Shown in pieces: positions 57,279 through 64,000 of a stretch of 64,000 nt of DNA. Positions within the stretch are counted from its first letter, which is position 1, and every line of letters starts with the position of its first letter. The notes below the pieces were generated by a model, which did not search any database, had not been told where the DNA came from, and worked only from the letters and a program-made list of their open reading frames with translations. This DNA comes from an uncultured virus (IMG/VR IMGVR_UViG_3300042451_001437). Lineage: Duplodnaviria; Heunggongvirae; Uroviricota; Caudoviricetes. A program made the translations under genes and the position numbers. The stretch is from IMG/VR virus record IMGVR_UViG_3300042451_001437; one strand, written 5' to 3'.

Positions 57279-60200
57279 TTATTGGTAAAGCTCTGGGTAG
57301 AGTATTGCTAATTGTGTTGTGTCATTTTGCTTAATAGACTCAGGCTCATTAGTTGTACATATATTAATAATAGGATCATTTTTGTATTTTGTAAAGAGTT
57401 TTAGGTTTCTAATAATTGTCGGATCTGGTTTACTTGTTTCTCTAAATGTAACCGTATAATCCGCAATAGAGCCTTTTAATAGCTTATTACAGTAATCAAA
57501 CTTGTCCATAACCTTTGTCATATTATCAACACCAAAAACATTTTTGTTTATTTTTTTTATTGTATTATCGTTTGATCCGCTCATATAAGTGAAAATATCA
57601 CCCAAATCAGTATCATATTTTTTAACAAAAGTTTCAATAAGTTTAAACGTATCCTCGATTGATTTTTTTATTTTTTTAGTTTGTGAGGTAACATACGCTT
57701 CTGACCTTATTGGGTTATTTCTAATACTAGCTGGTGGGTTAATACCAGTTTTTAATATTTTATCCATTATAGCGTCAATATGTATTGATTTGTTAACATA
57801 TAAGTTATATAAAAATTCTATGAATAAAACATCTTGCATGGCTGACATTTTCACGATTTCACCGTATGTTATACCAGTTGTTGTACCAGTTGTTGTACCA
57901 GTTGTTGTACCAGTTGTTGATCCGCTGATAAAACCGTTTAATTTAAACTTTTGCTGATCTGGTAATGAGTTAACATACTCTTCTGTAATGGTGTAATCAT
58001 AACCCATTAAAAGGTTAAGATTCTTTAATTGCGTATTTAATGTTGTACCAGTTAAATTAGGGTTATTTTCATTAAATAAGTAATAATTTATATTTCTTAT
58101 AAAACTATTTTGTGAGTTAGTCTTTTTATTAACACCATAATAGAATAAAATATCAGAAACAGTATCACCAGTTGTTGACCCTGTTGGATTTAAAGTAACC
58201 CCGCTAAGGTTATTAATTTGTAAATCAAACGCATAAGATGGTGTATAAGCTAAATCAATATCATTATTTTTACTTTCAGAATCATCTGATAACATAAATT
58301 CTAAAGTTTTATTACTAAAATCTAATAATTCATAGTTAATTTTTTCGAAAGTGTATTTCATCTCATAAACACCTTGAGCATATACATTATTGGTTGTATT
58401 TAAAACACTACCATCATCACCTCTTGTAACTAAAGCATATGAAGTTGTTTCTAAAGCCCTGGCACTATCACTTGTACCATATTCATAAGGGTTAAATGAG
58501 AAATTTTCATTTGTAACAGGCCCAGTTATTGGTAATGCTAATTGACCAAAATTAAAAGTATTTGTAGCTGTTGTACCATTGGAATCTAATGCGTTATTTG
58601 TTGGTAAAAAATTATCAAAATTATATTGGTTAGGTAAGTCACCAAGCGTTGTGTAACCAAAAACTTTTTTGATGTACTCCATATTTCTGGTATATTCCTT
58701 TATAACCTCATCTGAAGTGGTATTATCTATGTTGTTCTTCATTTGTTTAAAGAAATACAACCCGTTACCAAGTGATGCGTATTGGTTTATCGTAAACCCA
58801 CTTGTTGGGGAAAGTGAATTGGCGTCTGTTAAAATGTTATAAACATCTGCTAAATTAATTAAATCACCACCATCTATTGTTAGCTTTCTATATTGCTCAT
58901 AAGGGTTATAACCAAACATTGTACTACCAGTTACTGGTGTTGTTAGTTTTTTACCGTTAGGTATTACTTCATATAATTTAGCCCTACCCTCTGAATATGT
59001 TGCATCATAACCGTATAACGGTAATGATAATCCAGCCATAACAACTGACATTTTAGCTATGGAATCGTTTAACGCATTTAAAGTCGTTTCAGTTTCAGAA
59101 TTTTTATTGGCGTAAAAACTAGTAAATTGGTTATCAATATAACTAACAAAATCTTTAACATGTTGTGTATCAAGATTCTTATAAAAGTTTTTAAACGTCT
59201 TAAGGTTATCAGCTGGGTCAAACCATATACCTAATGTATTTGTGGCAATTTTTGTTCTAAATTCTTTAGCAAAATTGTCAGCAATATCATTATATATTTT
59301 TATACTATTTGTATCCCTAAAGTATATACCGCCTGTTTCAGATATACCATTAAAATTATTTGTATATCCGTTTGTAAAATTACCCTGGAAGTATTTACTA
59401 CTCCTACCGTTATTAGTCGCACCAGTTAAAGCTGTAAAATTATAAGGTAAACCTTTACCATCACCAATTTTAAACATGTATTCTTGTGGATGTAAGTTTA
59501 ACTTTAAGGCTTCAAATTCCTCTCCTTTATTGTTATTTCTAGTTAAGAAGAATGGGTGTTGTTTAAAGACATCACCAAGTTCCACATATCTTTTTTCTTC
59601 AGCAACTGTATTAAATATTTCTGAATATGTTAAACCACTAAGATTTATGCTTGGTGTTGTTGTACCAGAAATGTTATCAATTATCTCACTAATAGTTGTA
59701 CCACTAACAGATAAAGGTTTTTTGTAGTTTTTATTTCTTAATACATTATTAATAACTTTGTATTTACCTATTGTTTTGTCATCGGTTTTACCAATAAAAT
59801 CCGCAAAACCTTTTACATAATCACCAAAGCTGTAATATAACTCACTAAATAAATCAAAGTACTGAATATCATATCTTTGTATGTAGTACCTACCATATTC
59901 TTGTCTAAAAGCAAATTCACCGAAATTAGAATGATCGATTGCTGTCCAAGTTTTTGTATCTGTTGGTAATGTTTTTGTATATATACCATTAACAATAGGG
60001 TATTGCGCAACTTTTCTTACGTAATATTGACCCTGATAGGTAACACAAGTTTCTGCTTTGTATTCTTTATTTGGGTCAAATACTGTCGCACCCGTTAAGT
60101 TGTGATAATACGTACCACCAGCTAATTTAGGTAATAATCTTTCACTAATAACACCAATAGTACCATAAGGTATTGGTAAACCTTCTGTTGAAGGTGTTAT

Positions 60201-63200
60201 TAATTCAGCTGCCGCAACTATCGGAATTAAATCCAATGAATTTTCAGCAAAGAAATCTTGTTCAAGATTTATTAAATCCCTCTCCCTTCTATCCGTATTA
60301 GCAAATGTTCTTTCATCGTAAACATCTGTGTTAGCGTAATAGTTAAATGTTAACGCATTTTGTAATTGGTCAACATATCTTCTTAAGCCTTGTCCACCAA
60401 TATATTTAAATGATAAATTAACCTTAGCAAGCATTGGTTGTACACCGATACCTTCAGGATTTAAATCCCATAGTAACGGATCATAACTAATATTCAAACT
60501 ATTAATAATGATTTTTGTGTGGTAAAAATCACCAATTCTTAAAACAGATACTGGTGGTCTACCAAAAGCTGTGTTTTTAGCATCACAACCAGGTACACCA
60601 ATATCTTTAGTAATTGTATCACCAGGTCTCATACATTGCTGTAAGAAAGTTAATCTTGCGTTTAAACCTTCTGGTGTCATCGCATGGAATGCTGGGCTAA
60701 AATATTTTAATTTTTGTTTTAAACTATCAAAAATAATTGGTGACTCTTCTGATAAATAATCAAAGTAATCACACTCAGTTAATAATTTATTGAGTATTCT
60801 TTGCGCAATTTCTCTTTTAGTTACATTTGTTGTTGGAACTTCTTCCTCACGATATAACGGTGGTGTTTCCGCTGGTGGTTCCTTTCTTTCCAAAGGTATT
60901 ACTTTTGGTATAAGTTCAGCGTTAATTTCAACTCTTCTCGCAAATGAGGCAATTGGCGATAAGTTACCACAAACAATGTCAGATTCTTCTCTTGCTATTT
61001 GTTCAAAAGGTTTTGTTCTTACAGCTATACATGTACCAATATATTTTTCTGCTATTTTAGTACCATCCTTTAGTATAAAATTATCTTTATATTTAAACCA
61101 CTCATCTTTTGTTTTGACCATATAATAAGTTTCGTTTTGACCATAGCTTATTGGGAAATAGTCAACATTATCTTTGGTTTTAAGTGGTCTACCAAATAAT
61201 TGGGTGTACTCGTTAGGTTCTGGGTTTGTTTGGAATAAATCGTCTAATGTCTGGCCTCTTGAAACAATATCAAAACTAATCTCTTGTTTAGAATTAATGT
61301 CACCTCTTAAAATAACAATTCTTTTTGATTTTTCCAAATCACCATGTAGTTTATTAACATCAGCTTCTGATATTATTTCTTTACCGTCTGTTGTAAAACA
61401 TTTAACATCAGCATCACTCATTACATCAAGTATTAACCATTTTGTAACTGAAACAAATCTTCTTGAAGCCAATTTATCGTTATATCTTTGCAAAGCCGCT
61501 GCATCTTGACCAGGTGCTGATGGTGATGCGTGTGCAACCATACTAAATCTTAAATTATAATCTTTAGTACTAGCATAAGCTTTTGCTGAATAAGTTTTTG
61601 CTATAGATTGGTATTGTTCCTTATAACCATATGATTTTTGGGGATATGTTTTTCTATCTTCTGTAAAAAAGTGTTGGTGTTCTGCTGGTGCGTTAGTACC
61701 TATTGTATAGTCATATCTAATCCAAGCTAATCTTTCGGCAGGTGATAAATTAGAATTACCGCCAACAGCAACTTCTTTAAACTCTGAGTTTTGGTCAAGT
61801 TTTGTACCTCTCGCCAAACTATCATATATTTCATAATAATCGGAATATTTGTCAACAACAAAATTATCTGGATTTTTATATGAATTTTTTTGTATTGGAA
61901 TGTCGTTCTCAAAGAATAAATTAAACTGTGTGTTTTTTATAGTTTCTAATCTTGGGGTTTCTATCTTAACACCTTCTTGCTGGAAACTACCAGATGATTC
62001 AACTTTAGTTCTTATTTTCTCATTAGGTAATCTAATATCTAAATCAGATATAACCTTTTTAAAATATTCAATATCACTATCACTAAATACACCCCATATT
62101 CTCGCCAATTCAAATATGTCATAATCCAAACAACCAGCCCAAAAAGCCGCCAATAATTCGTCAACTTCACCATCCGTTAATTGGGCAAATTCTTTATCAA
62201 CCAATAAGTTCATTATTGTTGGGTGATCGACAACGATGTCCCATGACAACGTACCAGATCTTTCCGTGTTGTTATATGTATATATTGGTTCTGGTCTACC
62301 TAAAAATTGGTGAGTAGTCCAGTTTGTTGTTGTATCATCGGTAAATCTAATGTTATAAGGTGGGAACCACATGATTCTTCCACCATTAGAACCTTTTTCA
62401 CAAGGTGGTAATTCATTAAATTGCGCTGAATCTCTCCAAGCTAAATTCTCAATGGAGAACATATATTTTCTCGCCCTTTTTTCACCAAAAGCTTCAACAA
62501 CGGCATCACCCAAACCATCACCTAATCTACCATAACCTTCGTTAACGTTAAGTGCTGATGGGTGTATATTTAAGTTTCCGTATCTATCCAATACAGAATT
62601 TCTTTCTTTTCTATTTAATTCTTTCCATCTAATAAGATCTGTTATTTTCGAGAATGGCTTTGCTTTTGTCCAAGCTCTACAAAGAGTAACCTCATTATAC
62701 ATTCTCTCATCATCTCTCTTACCAGCTGTATCCAAACCAGGTACTAAATAAGTATAACCAATAACCTCATCTTTTTTGTTTTTTCTTGTGGTTCTAAGTG
62801 GAGTAATTACACCAGAACTTTTTGGTGAAAAGTGGTATCCATCGGTAAATTTTGTTTTTGTTTGGTCAATGGATCTTATTGCACGGTTACTATAACTACT
62901 TTCTAGTAATTTTTGTGTGACATCCATTATTGAACAATCTCTAAATCTATCAGCAGAAGTTCTGGATAAAATATCGTTATCAAGATCAGCATCCCAATTA
63001 AGTTTACCATTTTTACCATCTTCTATTGTCCAACGTGTTTCAACTGACTCACCTCTCCAAATAAATGAAGTTTGAACTGATCCGTATTTTGAAACATCTT
63101 CAACACCTGGTTCTACGAAATAGTTGGGTACACCACCGTTTTCTCCCGTACCAATTCTAATAGCCTTTGTTAACTCGCTATTAGCTTTAACCTGTAAACC

Positions 63201-64000
63201 ATTATTATCTTGTAACAAATAGAATATACTAACATTTTTACCAGCTGTAATGTATGGAGTGAAAACAACATCCTCAGTACCTTTTTGGGCTTTAGCTGTT
63301 CTTTTAAATAACCTTTTATCAGCACCACTTAATTTGTTTGTATAATCTGGTGAATATTTGTTATTACCTAAATTAGAAAACAAGAAAAATCTTTGAGCTC
63401 TACCCGTTTCATCTAATCTATCAATAACTCTATTCTCTAATTTATCTTCTATTCTTGAATCACCGAAACAAGTTGGTCTTAGTGTAACAGAATCATCTGA
63501 AAAGAAAGCGGATGTTAAACCACCTAAACCACCAATATCTGAAATAAAGCTAGCTAATTTACCTAAACCGCCCTTAAATGTTGTGATATCAGCATTACCC
63601 CTTTCAAGAATTGATGATGGATCTTTAATGAACTCAATAACTTTGAGTGGGTTTGTTAACATATCATCAATGGTTGTTAAACCAGCAACTTCCTGAGCCG
63701 TTTTAGCTAATAACCTTGTGTTTAAATGGAATTTTAATTGCAATGCCGCTACTTGTGCCAACACCGTATCATTTTTTAAAGTAGGTTCGGTTAACAAATT
63801 TGCTATATCCAAATCAGCACCTAATAGAGCACTCAATGGTGTTGATGCTGTAGGTATATTTAAGAAATCACCCATTCTTATTTCTGTTGGGTCAGCATTA
63901 CTTAATTTGTCCTGAGTAAGATATGGGTTTTGTGGTGTGTTTGGTGTTTGATTTAATAATAAATTTTGTAATATTTCATATACGACAACATTTTCAGCAC
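57279..64000 (-). CDS. Large tail-tube initiator/baseplate protein with OmpA-like insertion; start probably beyond the window
   Basis: Frame stays open from the track start 63875 to 64000 (hand-checked). Tube-like motifs W....FLGRPEPIYTY..TERSGTLSW and PP...LRIGDF..KIIINSLNISY. Confidence 0.7.
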   Translation of the reverse strand, partial: AENVVVYEILQNLLLNQTPNTPQNPYLTQDKLSNADPTEIRMGDFLNIPTASTPLSALLGADLDIANLLTEPTLKNDTVLAQVAALQLKFHLNTRLLAKTAQEVAGLTTIDDMLTNPLKVIEFIKDPSSILERGNADITTFKGGLGKLASFISDIGGLGGLTSAFFSDDSVTLRPTCFGDSRIEDKLENRVIDRLDETGRAQRFFLFSNLGNNKYSPDYTNKLSGADKRLFKRTAKAQKGTEDVVFTPYITAGKNVSIFYLLQDNNGLQVKANSELTKAIRIGTGENGGVPNYFVEPGVEDVSKYGSVQTSFIWRGESVETRWTIEDGKNGKLNWDADLDNDILSRTSADRFRDCSIMDVTQKLLESSYSNRAIRSIDQTKTKFTDGYHFSPKSSGVITPLRTTRKNKKDEVIGYTYLVPGLDTAGKRDDERMYNEVTLCRAWTKAKPFSKITDLIRWKELNRKERNSVLDRYGNLNIHPSALNVNEGYGRLGDGLGDAVVEAFGEKRARKYMFSIENLAWRDSAQFNELPPCEKGSNGGRIMWFPPYNIRFTDDTTTNWTTHQFLGRPEPIYTYNNTERSGTLSWDIVVDHPTIMNLLVDKEFAQLTDGEVDELLAAFWAGCLDYDIFELARIWGVFSDSDIEYFKKVISDLDIRLPNEKIRTKVESSGSFQQEGVKIETPRLETIKNTQFNLFFENDIPIQKNSYKNPDNFVVDKYSDYYEIYDSLARGTKLDQNSEFKEVAVGGNSNLSPAERLAWIRYDYTIGTNAPAEHQHFFTEDRKTYPQKSYGYKEQYQSIAKTYSAKAYASTKDYNLRFSMVAHASPSAPGQDAAALQRYNDKLASRRFVSVTKWLILDVMSDADVKCFTTDGKEIISEADVNKLHGDLEKSKRIVILRGDINSKQEISFDIVSRGQTLDDLFQTNPEPNEYTQLFGRPLKTKDNVDYFPISYGQNETYYMVKTKDEWFKYKDNFILKDGTKIAEKYIGTCIAVRTKPFEQIAREESDIVCGNLSPIASFARRVEINAELIPKVIPLERKEPPAETPPLYREEEVPTTNVTKREIAQRILNKLLTECDYFDYLSEESPIIFDSLKQKLKYFSPAFHAMTPEGLNARLTFLQQCMRPGDTITKDIGVPGCDAKNTAFGRPPVSVLRIGDFYHTKIIINSLNISYDPLLWDLNPEGIGVQPMLAKVNLSFKYIGGQGLRRYVDQLQNALTFNYYANTDVYDERTFANTDRRERDLINLEQDFFAENSLDLIPIVAAAELITPSTEGLPIPYGTIGVISERLLPKLAGGTYYHNLTGATVFDPNKEYKAETCVTYQGQYYVRKVAQYPIVNGIYTKTLPTDTKTWTAIDHSNFGEFAFRQEYGRYYIQRYDIQYFDLFSELYYSFGDYVKGFADFIGKTDDKTIGKYKVINNVLRNKNYKKPLSVSGTTISEIIDNISGTTTPSINLSGLTYSEIFNTVAEEKRYVELGDVFKQHPFFLTRNNNKGEEFEALKLNLHPQEYMFKIGDGKGLPYNFTALTGATNNGRSSKYFQGNFTNGYTNNFNGISETGGIYFRDTNSIKIYNDIADNFAKEFRTKIATNTLGIWFDPADNLKTFKNFYKNLDTQHVKDFVSYIDNQFTSFYANKNSETETTLNALNDSIAKMSVVMAGLSLPLYGYDATYSEGRAKLYEVIPNGKKLTTPVTGSTMFGYNPYEQYRKLTIDGGDLINLADVYNILTDANSLSPTSGFTINQYASLGNGLYFFKQMKNNIDNTTSDEVIKEYTRNMEYIKKVFGYTTLGDLPNQYNFDNFLPTNNALDSNGTTATNTFNFGQLALPITGPVTNENFSFNPYEYGTSDSARALETTSYALVTRGDDGSVLNTTNNVYAQGVYEMKYTFEKINYELLDFSNKTLEFMLSDDSESKNNDIDLAYTPSYAFDLQINNLSGVTLNPTGSTTGDTVSDILFYYGVNKKTNSQNSFIRNINYYLFNENNPNLTGTTLNTQLKNLNLLMGYDYTITEEYVNSLPDQQKFKLNGFISGSTTGTTTGTTTGTTTGITYGEIVKMSAMQDVLFIEFLYNLYVNKSIHIDAIMDKILKTGINPPASIRNNPIRSEAYVTSQTKKIKKSIEDTFKLIETFVKKYDTDLGDIFTYMSGSNDNTIKKINKNVFGVDNMTKVMDKFDYCNKLLKGSIADYTVTFRETSKPDPTIIRNLKLFTKYKNDPIINICTTNEPESIKQNDTTQLAILYPELYQ
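57872..57919. repeat. Perfect 12-bp tandem repeat x4 (TACCAGTTGTTG) encoding TTGT repeats
   Basis: Four exact copies read directly; protein SGSTTGTTTGTTTGTTTGIT. Confidence 0.95.

Noticed and set aside
894..63915. All plus-strand ORFs in the track and short minus-strand ORFs nested in other frames
   Set aside because: They are shadows inside long, motif-bearing minus-strand genes and have no recognisable motifs.
1..64000. Alternative genetic code
   Set aside because: The standard code gives near-complete coding density with ORFs up to 2680 aa.
11501..64000. Bacterial contractile injection system (eCIS/T6SS/tailocin) or prophage
   Set aside because: Baseplate genes are interleaved with phage-type replication genes; no host housekeeping context or integrase.

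Overview
AT-rich, very densely coding 64-kb segment of a large (probably jumbo) contractile-tailed dsDNA phage. All 44 credible genes are on the minus strand, and the first and last run off the window ends. In transcription order (high to low coordinates) it holds: (1) a baseplate hub/tube-initiator block, including a 2425-aa protein with C-terminal M23 peptidase and tail-lysozyme domains; (2) small probable head proteins; (3) a replication/recombination block (gp32-like SSB, RecA, 5'-3' exonuclease, DnaB-like helicase, nrdB, nrdA); (4) a baseplate wedge/fibre block (gp25-like, gp6-like, a 2680-aa wedge/fibre protein, tail-collar-like paralogues); (5) RuvC-like resolvase, primase, PD-(D/E)XK nuclease, SbcD/SbcC; (6) a sigma-70 factor; (7) a membrane/amidase (lysis-like) cluster. 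TAnnTTTG promoters, the sigma type and leaders lacking Shine-Dalgarno sites point to a Bacteroidota host (inference). No tRNA, CRISPR, intron, intein or IS was seen. Most notable signals: a strongly enriched [ST]-G-x-T motif almost confined to virion proteins (candidate modification sequon), a two-class promoter system with a phage sigma, an SbcD/SbcC pair split at a non-canonical point, and an amidase lacking its usual Zn ligands. All family assignments come from motif recognition by eye, not database searches.
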